Positions 1 through 10,751 of a stretch of 64,000 nt of DNA are shown one piece after another. The notes under the pieces were generated by a model that saw only the letters and a program-made list of their open reading frames with translations, was not told where the DNA came from and ran no database searches. Each line of letters opens with the position of its first letter. Position 1 is the stretch's first letter. The stretch covers positions 43,586,001 to 43,650,000 of the forward strand of contig CM060731.1 of assembly GCA_030704615.1 (NCBI GenBank). Reading direction: 5' to 3'. A program made the translations under genes and the position numbers. This DNA is from Takakia lepidozioides. Its lineage: Eukaryota; Plantae; Bryophyta.

Positions 1-77
1 GCGCACAGGAGATACCCATTGGGTTGTGGCCTGAAACAGATGTGACGACCAAAACCAAACACACAGAAGGGACTGAC

Positions 78-421
78 CTGGCTTGAACTGGATCCTAGAT
101 CCTGGGCTTCACCATCTTCATCGGCAATGCTGTCTAATACTCCATCCACAGTTAAGCTGTGAGAGATCCCATCGTCCCCAAGTAGCTGCTTGAGCACTAA
201 GTCTTCCTCAAGATTGTTGCTTGATCTTGATCCACCTGTCCCATTGTCTTCCACCAGTGAGAAATGTAACGTTTGAAATTGGGTCTGAACAAGGCCATAT
301 ATAAACCTCTTGTATGAGTGTGCCAAGTGGAGAACAAGACCATTCCAGAACAATCCACTGCGAGTTATGGCCACACATTCATAAGGACAGACTGCCTCAT
401 GCAGGTAAGCTCTTACGCATC
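78..421 (-). CDS. Probable internal exon of an unidentified gene continuing off the left edge
   Basis: About 114 stop-free codons (CVRAYLHEAVCPYECVAITRSGLFWNG...DEDGEAQDLGSSSSQ) bounded by a cag| acceptor and a CAG|GTCAG donor. No family recognised. Confidence 0.35.
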
Positions 422-616
422 CTGTTTGCCTCTGTCAGATAGAGACTAATGCAACATTTGGGGGTGATTTGTTTGTGGTTTTGCTGTACTGTTGTCATAT
501 GGTCCCATGATGTGATTTTTTCTATTTTCTTTCTTTTCCTTCCCTCTTTTCCCTCTCCTTAGGTGTGATTTCCCATGATTTCTTTCTTTCTAAAGCTTTT
601 CTCTCTTTATGATTTC

Positions 617-736
617 ATAAGACGCTACTGGAGAGCCCCTCGCAAAGGTAGTACCTATTCCCTATGTTTCCGTCCAAACTGGGCGCAGGGTCTATGGCCA
701 CAAGGCTATGGCAAACAAAGTCTTATGAGTACATTT
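617..736 (+). mobile_element. 3'-end fragment of the LINE family at 22723-26244
   Basis: Shares aaactgggcgc-ggg-tc-atggccacaaggct...gtcttatgagtaca with the 3' end of the long LINE. Confidence 0.75.
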
Positions 737-1258
737 CTCTCTCCCACTCTCTTGGACATAATCATTTTCTTTTTTCTTTCCCTCTGGCTCAAATCTTACA
801 TGATGAACAAAAGTGAAGGAGAAACAAATGTCAAACATGCATAAAAGTCAAGATGTAAGATAGTCAACCTTTTGATCCCTTGCTTTTGTAGCCATGGCGT
901 AGCTCAAAACGGGCAGCATCATCAATCTTTTTACAGGGCTCACATATGCGCACAAGGCCATCACCTTGTCCTCTCAGGACTTGACGCTGCTGAGTGCAAT
1001 TGTTGCAAAAGAGCCCCCCACATCTGCGACAATGGTGCTATACCCGCCCTCCATGTCACCCCACTTTGACCCAATTTGGATAGAGAAAAAGAAGACAGAA
1101 CAAAATCAAATTGACAAATGTGGAAATGACAAAAGGGCTCCTCTCTCGGAGTAGGGTATCTGCGTGTGCATGAGAAAGACTTCGATAGAGATAGATAGCT
1201 AGATAGAGAGACAAATGGGAGTAGGGAGATCTGTGTGTGCATGAGAAAGAGATAGATA

Positions 1259-1520
1259 GAATGTACTCATAAGACGTCATTTGCGGTAGCCTTGTGGCCA
1301 TAGACCCCGCGCCCAGTTTGGGCGAAACGGAACAGACACTACCTTTGAGAGGGGTTTACTCCGGTAGTGGGACTAGATCAATCTGCTGTGCATGGGCTGC
1401 GCAGCAATTAGACCCCAACTGGGCCAGGGCTTTAAGCTTGGCCTCAAGATTTGAAAGTTGGTGAACAGAGGAGCAGGGACTATGTTCTTGATGGTCCTGC
1501 CGAGGGTCACTCTCTGATGG
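1259..1520 (-). mobile_element. 5'-truncated LINE fragment (same family)
   Basis: tgtactcataagac...ccttgtggcca...cccagtttg matches 22724-22790. It also encodes IKNIVPAPLFTNF, similar to ORF2 C-terminal IKGIVPVPLFTNF. Confidence 0.8.
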
Positions 1521-2329
1521 ATAAATAGAGATAGATACAGAAGAGAGAGAAAAAGATGCACTGGTTAGAGAAAAATGCTGGAAGCTTGGCTTATAGGGAC
1601 ATTGCCCAATTTGATGCTAAATAGAGAGAATGTACTCATTCGATACTAATTTGACGGATACGTAGGGATGAATAGAGGAATTGAGATATGTATCTGCTCA
1701 GCAACACAAAGGTACGATCTACATCAGAGAACAGAGATGTACTTTTCGATTGATAAAGGAGAAAGCCGAAGAGCAGCCCTGGCAGTGGGAAGCGTCCACC
1801 ACCCAACTATGGCCTCGCGCTGACGGCTTGGGCGGCAACCCCACCTTCTCCAACATCTCCTTCCTCACACATGCAGCCCCTGTGTTTGTGTATGTATGTT
1901 GATGTGATAGAGAATCACGCCCCGTGTAGAGTAGACCACTCTCCTTTTCAAGTCACAAAACCTGCCCAACGAGGGAGAAAGAGAGCGAGAGAGGAAGAGC
2001 ATTGGTAATTTGACCTGCACCACATAGTCAAATACAACCCACATTCATCCCCATTGGCAAACTGATTATTGACCCACACAAACACCCTCATTCCATCAAC
2101 ATTTGCAGAAAATGAACGCACAATCTTTTAGGAAGGAAGGACATCATGATATCCAATTATGACAAATTCCTTGTCTTGGCAGTCTGATGAGTAACAGCAG
2201 CTCAGAGTAGGGTGGTTGACATTGTTCCTTTGTCAATCAAAGATGCTTCAAGCTTTGGTGGTGCAGCCTGTTTGTGCAAGGTTATTATTATAGATGCTCG
2301 TATCGTTTTTGCGACAATCCCAAGAGTAC

Positions 2330-2450
2330 AAAACTGCAGACATAAGAGCAGAGGATGTTGACATCCACCATGCAAATGTGGTAGCATCGAGGATGCTCGA
2401 AGAGTTGTCAACAACTTTGCTGTGCTGAAATGTGGTTGTCTCAGGAGCTT
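2330..2450 (+). pseudogene. Degenerate PLS-class PPR motif fragment
   Basis: tgtggtagcatcgaggatgctcgaagagttgtcaacaac = CGSIEDARRVVNN, a PPR-type motif. No intact ORF. Confidence 0.45.
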
Positions 2451-2619
2451 GAAAAATGCAGGATATGTTCAGCTTGGGTATTGAGGGGTCACTCATCCTA
2501 AGGTCAAGAATGGTCTTCACCTAATCAAATCTTACCTGCAATTTCCATGGCCAAGCTTTGTGAAAAGAGAGAGAGAGAAAGAGGCACACACACACACACG
2601 CACAGTATGTACACGTTGT

Positions 2620-3085
2620 TTGTCATAGCCTTGTGGCAATATGCCCCGCACCCAGTTTGGACAGAACAAAAGGGAACGGATGCTACCTTTGTGAGGGGCT
2701 CACTCCAGTAGTGTGACTTACCTTCATAGAGACAATTAGTTCGGGTTTTCCAGATCTCTAGAAAGCCCTTCACACAAGCATCAACTTCCTGTGTGTCAAA
2801 AGCCCAGCAATTAGAACTCAACAGGGCCAGGGCCCGCTAGATAAGTTGGTATGCAGGGACAATGTTCTTGATGGTCCTGAAGAAGGTCATTCTCTGGTGA
2901 CATTATCCTGGACAATGTATCAGAAAATGGATATAGTCTTCAGGCTGCCCCCATATCCACCAATTGAAATCTCCTCTTCCTCTCTGCATCTGTTTATTGG
3001 TCAAAGGTAGGCTTCCAGCCCTCACTTTAAATTTCAGTCTAGTGCCGAGGGTAGGTAGGCCCCTGAGATCATCCTTATGGTCTTC
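2620..3085 (-). mobile_element. 5'-truncated LINE fragment (same family)
   Basis: Colinear with 22740-23200 (e.g. aaatttcagtctagtgccgag, aaaggtaggcttcc, ccttcacacaagcatcaa). Flanked by GA/CA microsatellites. Confidence 0.85.
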
Positions 3086-3492
3086 GCCCGAGAGACAGAG
3101 ACAGAGACAGAGACGGGGGGAGAGGGAGGGAGAAAGTATGACCTAACTCACTAACTTTTATTTTTTTTGTAGATACTTATTTTCAAGATAGTCATTAAAA
3201 TATCAACTCTTCCGTAGTCCCTCTAAGGCACTTCTACAGACGAAAATTATTAGCCCACAGGTCATACAGATGCATGTTCTATTGTGAACTACACCTTGCG
3301 TGGACATACACCTAATCAGCATTGATGGCACCTATCAATTGTGCCTTGGAACACAACCACTTTACCACAAAAGATTCTCAACCCTACCTACTCCCAAAAT
3401 TGAAAAAGCGACAGGCGATCAGGAGGGGACCTCGCACTCAAAGTGATGCAGCCCATCTGATGAATACTGTGTTCCTCTACCAAGACTTGAAA

Positions 3493-5374
3493 TCACACCT
3501 CCTGGGGAATGTCAAACTCAGGGCCAGCCTCCCCAGCTTCACCCTGGCACTCCCCACAGATGAAGCTGCTTTCAGGACCCTTCAAATGATCGGCATGCCG
3601 ACCACAGCCAGGTCGGTTGCATAGTGAGCACTTGGGTAGCCGCTGCCAGCAGGCAGAGCACAAGAAGTCTAGACAAAAAGTCTCCTCAAACTCCTCAGAC
3701 TCATTGATACAGGTTCCACATTCCTCACATCTAGCAATGCACAGGAAACACCCACGGCACTGCTGCAGCACCATGCCTTGCCACTGCTGACACCTATCTC
3801 GTGTACAATCATACACCACACGTGCATTCCCGCACTTAGGGCATGCTTCAATGTCAATAGCCCGTTCCTCATCACAAGAAAATGAGTGATGCCCGTTGCG
3901 GTAGAACTGCGGTTTCCTTGAATCCTTTTGATGAGGTTGCCCAAGACCTTCAGGTTGCAGCATTAACTGCAGAGTGTCCAGAATCTCCCTTGTGACCCCA
4001 TAGAGCCCCCTGATACGGAGTTGCTGCAGGCCAGGCATGGTGGCCACCCGATCACCAGTGTGGGCCTTCACCATTCTAACTATTCCCTCCGCACTTATCC
4101 TGGTACATCCAGGAAGACAAAGCTGCATCCACAATTGCATACACAACAACTGTCAATGCAAACAAAGAAAACAGCTAGATCACTGTTTTCCTTTGAGGTG
4201 CATTTTAAGCAAAAAGCAATGGCAAAGGATGAGGCCGCAAAAAACTCAGTCGAAAGTTAGCCTCAAATTTAATCGCTACTGGCACATGGAATGGAGTTTG
4301 AAGGAAAACATACTATTACACTTCTGAGCCCAAAACAAATGGGTTGCTGGTGCTACATAAGTGGCAGTCCATCACATCCATCACAGGCAAGAATTCTCAC
4401 GCAAACTCTTCTTTACCCCAAATTAGACCTACAAAATCTGCATTGACAACTCAATAAGCCCAGCCACTACGTGTAGATCACTCTGTCTCTCACGAGCACC
4501 ACAGTAAAGTTTCTTGAGCAGGCAAATGCTGGCTTCCACAGACCCACCTTCGAATGAAGGTATAAACCCTAAAGACTATAGCAGCCACGTTATTTGGACA
4601 TTCTCCCAAAGACAGAGCTTGATAATGTCCCCTCCTGATTTTGGGTGCTAACCAAATTGAATATTGACATCTCACATGCGATTAGGGCATATAATTGATA
4701 GCAGCTATGTGCTGCTATCGTGGCCCCTAGTGTGACTGGTGAATTAGGTCAGATTTTCAGCAACCCAAAGTCACCAGCAGTGAAAGAGAATGTTTCAGAC
4801 ATAGAAAGGTAGCCCTAGGAGAAAATTCACATACCTTCCGAAGCATAGGATTGGTCACAAGAACTCTCTCGATGCCCTCATCAGTTATCTTTGCACACTC
4901 CACCAGACTGAGACACAGGAGTCGACCCTGAGCTCGGCCCGCAAGCTTTATGAGAGCTTCATTAGTAAGCTTTTTGTTCAAGGGAGCATCCACATGCAAC
5001 CGCTGCCACAATAACACATCTCCTTTCACTGCGTCCCGCAGTGATTTGCTAACCCTCTCCACAGCCAGCAGATCTTGCAGGCCTAGATATGGAAGCGTGT
5101 AAAAAATTCCTTCAGGAGAGCCTTCCGGTCCTCCACTTGCATTGTCACGCCCAAAAGTCGGGCAGTTCCCCTTTTCCCCAGTTCCCCCGGATTGTTGACA
5201 TTTTGATGCTGATTGTATCTCTCGCTCTCCTCTTTCTTGCCCTTTTCTTTCTCCTGCCTTGCCCTCCTCATCGCCTGCGTGCAATGCTTGTGCTCCTGCG
5301 TAGTCTCGCCTTCCTCCCATGGAAACACCTTGAATGGCACTGCAAGGCTTGCCCGCGGCCCCTGTCAACGGCAT
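3493..5374 (-). CDS. F-box protein SKIP14/SKIP28-like, 2 exons (about 5374-4835 and 4122-3493)
   Basis: F-box (LPYLGLQDLLAVERVSKSLRDAV...LLWQ), LRR-like CLSLVECAKITDEG, Cys-rich C-terminus (RAIDIEACPKC...VYDC...CRGCFLCIARCEECG...EETFCLDFLCSAC). GT-AG intron keeps the frame. Start codon uncertain (5374 or 5320). Confidence 0.88.
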
Positions 5375-5686
5375 GCCCGCACATGCACGCCCTCCCTCTC
5401 CCCACCGTCCGCGCTGCCTCGCCCAAAGGAACCGCGCGGTGAGCCCCGCTGTCAGCGCCCTCTGTGGGGCTCTAGCGGCCTGCCACCCACACGCACTGAC
5501 TTGCTGCCTCTTGGAACGCCACTTCACCACCTACCCTAAAGTGCTTTTTTTCTTTTTTTCTTTCTTTTCTGTTTTTTTATGTTTCTTTTGGTTGGTCAAA
5601 TGGGCCTCATTTTGAAATTGATCCCAAAAAATAAATAAATGAAACTCTGTCCGATGTTCAGTACCGAGCAAAGCCCCAAAGCCCCC

Positions 5687-5946
5687 ACTGACAGTCAGTA
5701 GCTCAGTTGGATAGTGCACTGAGTGCCACCCAGATGATTCTTGGTTCAAATCTTGCTAAATTGTTGCGTGTGTATTCTCCCATGTCCCTGTATTCTCCCC
5801 TGTCCCTTGGCCGGTGTCCCATCAGCAAGCATTCACAGCGAGGTTACTGTGAAAGAGGTTATTTTCTCCTCTCACTATGATTAAGGGGCCTAATTTGTGA
5901 GCGGTCGCTCCCGGGTACTTTTCCCTGTTTAAAAAAAAAGGAAAAG
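5687..5946 (+). mobile_element. tRNA-derived SINE
   Basis: Pol III A box TAGCTCAGTTGG (5699-5710), B box GGTTCAAATC (5743-5752), A-rich tail from 5931, and aaagcccc on both sides (5678-5685, 5947-5954) as probable TSD. Confidence 0.75.
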
Positions 5947-6144
5947 AAAGCCCCGAGCTTTGTACTGACATTCAATTCCACTTCCACTTCAGAAAAGATT
6001 AGGCATAAATTTTGTACTATTCTCCTTGTGAGACTGATATAATGATGGAATGTCCAAAGGTTGGTTTGGTGTAATTGGTTCTACAGCACATGATAGGCCT
6101 TCCAGCAAGCGTAAAGACTTGCCCAAAAAAATTGTTTGTATTTG

Positions 6145-6450
6145 TCATGCCCTTAAAATGTAAAATCCATTGCGGTGCATTTCGCCTGGCGGAGTATCCC
6201 CATCATCTTCAGGGAGTGCATTCCGACAATGTGGAATGCACCAATTAGATTTCTTTTTATAGCTGTGAGGGCATGATTTCCTTGGAGAAGATACATTATC
6301 CATGATACTCAAAACATCCTCAATAATATCTATCCAAAGAGTTTTGAAAAACTCGATTGGTAAATCGGGGGCTTTTAGTATGCTCAAACTTGAGAAGGCA
6401 TCGACAAGCTCCTTCGTGTGGTGAAGGGTGCTGAGATCGAAGTTTTATCA
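6145..6450 (-). mobile_element. Degenerate L1-like ORF2 fragment
   Basis: KAPDLPIEFFKTLWIDIIEDVL resembles the KxPGPDGxPxEFxK motif upstream of the L1 RT domain. Confidence 0.45.
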
Positions 6451-6479
6451 TAAGGAGAGAGAGCGGACGGAAAACGATT

Positions 6480-7900
6480 TAGTACCTCCTGCTTGGAGCG
6501 TTCGTCCATCTAATGTTTGGACCACTGCTGTATTGGTATATTAGGTTAAGGCAGGTGTATAGTAGGGTGTGTGGAATGGTCTCAAATATCCTACTAGGTG
6601 GGTATGAGCTGGGGCAACACCCCTCAATACCTTGGTCGCCCCCAGTATGTATTTGTAAAAAAAACCCAGATGAAACCATACCAACTTGGTATAAGAGTTC
6701 GTGATACCAACCCCACCATTGTTGAAGAGGTGGAATATAAACTTAGGCAGGTCTGGGTTTGTGGTGTATTGTGGGGAATGTGACAAGAGATAATTTTTTG
6801 CAACCTAAATTAATTGAGGTTCTAAATTTTAATATATTTATTATAAAGGTGATACCAAACCCTGGCATATATTGGGCTGGTATCACAAAAAAGAAATATT
6901 CATAACATACGAGTCAAACCTATAACCTAATACTATTATATATACCAGACCAGCCAGTTGATTTTTAGTATAATCTGATACCAGTACCCTACTAGTCTAA
7001 CTATTGAGCTCTTACCCAATACCATTACCCCACTGGTATTAAAAAATTATGATACCAGTACAACTCTGGTCTAGACCAGTGTTTGACGGTATGTACATGG
7101 GTATCATGTCTAGCCCGACCGCCAAGCCCATCCCTACCTTTTACCCGCCACCCGGTCCAAGACCTGCCTCAACAGTTTTGGCTCACTGTTGTACCGGTAT
7201 ATAGAGTATTGCCTAGTATGTGCACAGGTATTTGCAATGGTATCAAAGACCCTACCCCCGCCTAATACCAACCAAGAGAAATACCCCGGTTATGAACAAG
7301 TTGCCCACCATAAATCCTAGAGTAATACCCTGACTTCTACCATATCAGTCTGGTATTCATTTTTGTTCTACCTCGTAAATACCAATGTTTCCCATCAACG
7401 TTCCCGCGAAGTCCATGGTAGTATTGCTGGCATACATCATAGTTGCGGCGGCGCTCCTTCAATGTTCAGTGTAGTGGCTGCTAATGTGATCGATTCCATC
7501 CAACATTAAATCAATTTCTGCAATCACTCCATTGTTCTAGAGACATTTATAATTTATTTTCTTGTTACTACAAAAACTTTCTTTGATTGGAAGTATCTAT
7601 TCGGGAGTTTTGGTACAACAAAGCTCGTTTGAGGGCCTCCATCTCCTCTTAATTATTTTAAGGAAAAAAAAAACTCTTATTACCTTAAGGTTTGCTTGTG
7701 TTATCTAATACCAGACCCAGGTATATGTACCACTAGTATCACCCAAACACCTACTCGTATATTTATACCGGATCAAAAAAATAAAAATAAAAATAAAAAA
7801 ATCTCAATTTTCAATTCTCAAAAATTTCTCAATTCCTTCTATTTATACCAATGGACAGTATCTAAAATTGTGAAATTAATTACCAGGACGTGCCATGTCT
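6480..7900. repeat. Region dense in ATACCA/TGGTAT motifs; probable non-autonomous DNA transposon remnant
   Basis: Many dispersed (g/a)ataccA and tggtat copies in both orientations, no ORF. TIRs not resolved. Confidence 0.4.
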
Positions 7901-8138
7901 CAAAAATCCTAACCAACTGAGATTGAACCAACTATCACGGCCGCATGTCAATGCAGTGAAACATACACTAAATGTGTACATACAATGACTGTTTACTAAA
8001 CCACTGATTACTGAAAATAAAACATGAAAAACTTGATACTTGACAGATTTGCAGTACTTCTAGAGAGGCCATATCAAAAAATCTACCTAGCGTTACAAAG
8101 GAATTACGTGCACCACTTCAGGGAGGTAAAGTACATAC

Positions 8139-8569
8139 TTGTTGTGGCCTAGAGAATGGGTGTGTATCTCATGCGCTCCTGCTAAGGGCCTCTTGGGGAA
8201 TCGGGTTACCCGCAATTTAATGGAGACTGCATTAGAGCAGCAGCATTGTACTATTCGAACAAGATACCGTTGTGAAGCTTCTGATTTATTTGAAAGAGCA
8301 TCAAGTACTCATAGACAGAAGGATACATACCCGAATCTTGAAATCTCGGTCAGAGGTCACAATATACTTGCCGTCCGGCTAGCAAATCTGCAGTTGCAGT
8401 CTGACTTCATTAACGCCCGAGCAAGAGCATTAACACCCAAAGCTTGACTCACTTATCACCGCCCATGGCAGCAAATAGTGAACAGTTCACGTTGAAGGCA
8501 ACTGACCTTATGGCATCTCCATGCAGTACTGGATTTGTACTATCCTCAACGTCCACTGCAGACTGCACC
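8139..8569 (-). pseudogene. TRM82/WDR4-like (tRNA m7G methyltransferase WD40 subunit) pseudogene fragments
   Basis: Three pieces: VQSAVDVEDSTNPVLHGDAIRSVAFNVNCSLFAAMGGDK*VKLW; PDGKYIVTSDRDFKIR|gtatgt; VTRFPKRPLAGAHEIHTHSLGHN|gtatgt. In-frame stop and a large internal deletion. Confidence 0.75.
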
Positions 8570-10751
8570 CTACACCATCGCCAATATTCATTTCATTTTA
8601 GTGAACACATTGCAAAACAAGTGGTGCCCTTTTGGACTTTGTGTGCACTCCATCTAGAAAATTTGCTTCTTTCTTGAACTGCTAATATAATGATATCGTA
8701 CATAAGCCAGTTGTATTCTTAGGTCTAGATCATCAAGTATCTACAACTAACTTGTCCAATTTCAGGTGAAAGACTTGGAAAGATACAGTACGATAAGTGC
8801 AACGAAATTCGTGGACATTATTTTCAACAACTAGTCTTGTAAGAAACTCAGTCCAATGACCAAGAATCAGAACAATGATGCCAAAGAACACAAACTTGAG
8901 GTTGATACTCTGCAATAACTTCTTTCCCTGTTGTTCGAGCGGAATTGGCTATGCACCAGCTCTGGGGTTACAAAATTGTCCCTTCTGCACATCAGAAAGA
9001 ACTAATGGTTATTAAAAATACACTCAATTACACTCTCAATCCTGACATTCCCAAACCAAACCAAGAACTTGCAAACTAAATTCCCAAAACCTGCCCGTTA
9101 CCCTGCCTCAACCTCATGGCCCGTTACTTGCCTGTACCTTCAAATTTGACAGCTTCCACAAAATTTAAGTTGAAGTGGACGTTTCAACACTCAGCTTATC
9201 TGGTACAATCAGGAAGAATGATAAGAAAGTGTCCCAGTTCTCATCTTCAAGGTTTGATGATTTACAACAACAAAACCACTTGAAAGCACACCTTAGGGCC
9301 TAGCATCACCCACACCCATAACTAAGTACTTGTAACAGAAGTAAGCACTTTCCAAGTCACCCTACAGGAAAGCCAGAAGAGGACAAAAGGAAGCACACTT
9401 TCAAACACACAGATCATGACTTGGGGGATTCTACCTCGTGCACTTGCAAATCTCTCCACCAACAACATAATGAAGCAGCCGTGAGATCCACCTCGTGCAC
9501 TTGCATCAAACAGAGCTGCACCCACAAAGATCACTCAGTCAGATCACTCAAATAAACCCCAATCTGACCTCCCCTAGGATAGTACTCCACAATCTCACTC
9601 CCCATCTCACCAACCCTAAATCACAATGCAACTGAAGAACCACACACAACACCAATTCCACAAACATAGACTACAATCAGCTCCATCAAATATTCCATAC
9701 CCATCCCTATCCTACACATAAACAAGAGAAGCCTTCAGGTTCTCCCGAGGGTATGAGAAGGTAGGGCTTGCTTGGATACCGGTTCTCAGGCGAGTATGGG
9801 GAAGATCCTTACACAAGGGGTCGTGACTCTGGGACTGAATGGCTTCATCATTGTGCTCCACCATCCTCTCCAACCCCAGCTACTACCCACTCTTGTAAGG
9901 GTTCATTTCTTTTTGCAGAGAGGTCCCTGCAGTATCCAATAGTGATGGTTTTTTATTGCAGTCGTAGTGTGACTCATGCGTAGTTAGAGAATAGTAACTT
10001 GGGTCGTGAATCAAGAGTCTATTGGGAGTAGGAGTAGTGTTGCTCAATAGGCTACCAGGATGTAGACAATACTCGCGGCAGAACCGCTGATACCAAGGAG
10101 GAGCTCAAACCACGTCCAGGAATCCAACAGATTTGCAACTTGAATGAATACAATTCTGCTTTTTTTCTGAAATGCTTTGGTTGATTTTTCTAATTGCTTA
10201 ATTATCCTCATAATATTCTATAGTGGTGACTTATATCACCCCTAGTACTACCTATAATTACTTTCTTAGGATTTTACTAAAGTTTTTGGCAATGCTTTTG
10301 GCTATGTTCATTTTGAAAAAAAAACTTACCATATAAAGTCTAGTATAATCTTTTAACCCTTAACCTCCCAAAGCCACTTTGGCGGTGTTCTACCTGATCC
10401 TTGATTAGGGTTTGCCAAACTTTCTCAAGGGCGGTCCACACATCTGACTGAATGTAGATGGACTTGAGGCATGCTATGGAAGTCTACCGATGTGCTCATC
10501 AACATCTCCAAACTGTCCATCATATGCCTACTTACAGGGTTGTAATGCACTTGCAAGTGGCCTGGGTTGGAGTGGTGTACGTGTTTCAAGGACCTCTGTG
10601 AAAGGGTTGCTGGTCTTTGGTAGTCTTCATTAACCTGTAGCCTTAGTCACTTGTGTAGGCATTGTTCTATGCATAAAACCCTTTTAACTTTTGAGTTAAG
10701 TGCTCCTTTCTTTAGAACACCAATGATGTTGCCTAAGTGTCCATGATAATG

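Noticed and set aside
404-562. Strong plus-strand donor/acceptor pair overlapping the putative minus-strand exon
   Set aside because: No coding frame links the flanks, so it cannot be supported without transcript data.
5695-5760. Possible tRNA gene
   Set aside because: A/B boxes are present but there is no proper acceptor or anticodon stem. The body, A-tail and TSD indicate a SINE.
10083-10100. Minus-strand TGGTATCAG, resembling an iMet-tRNA PBS
   Set aside because: Only 9 nt match, there is no adjacent LTR terminus, and no recognisable gag follows. At most a highly decayed element.
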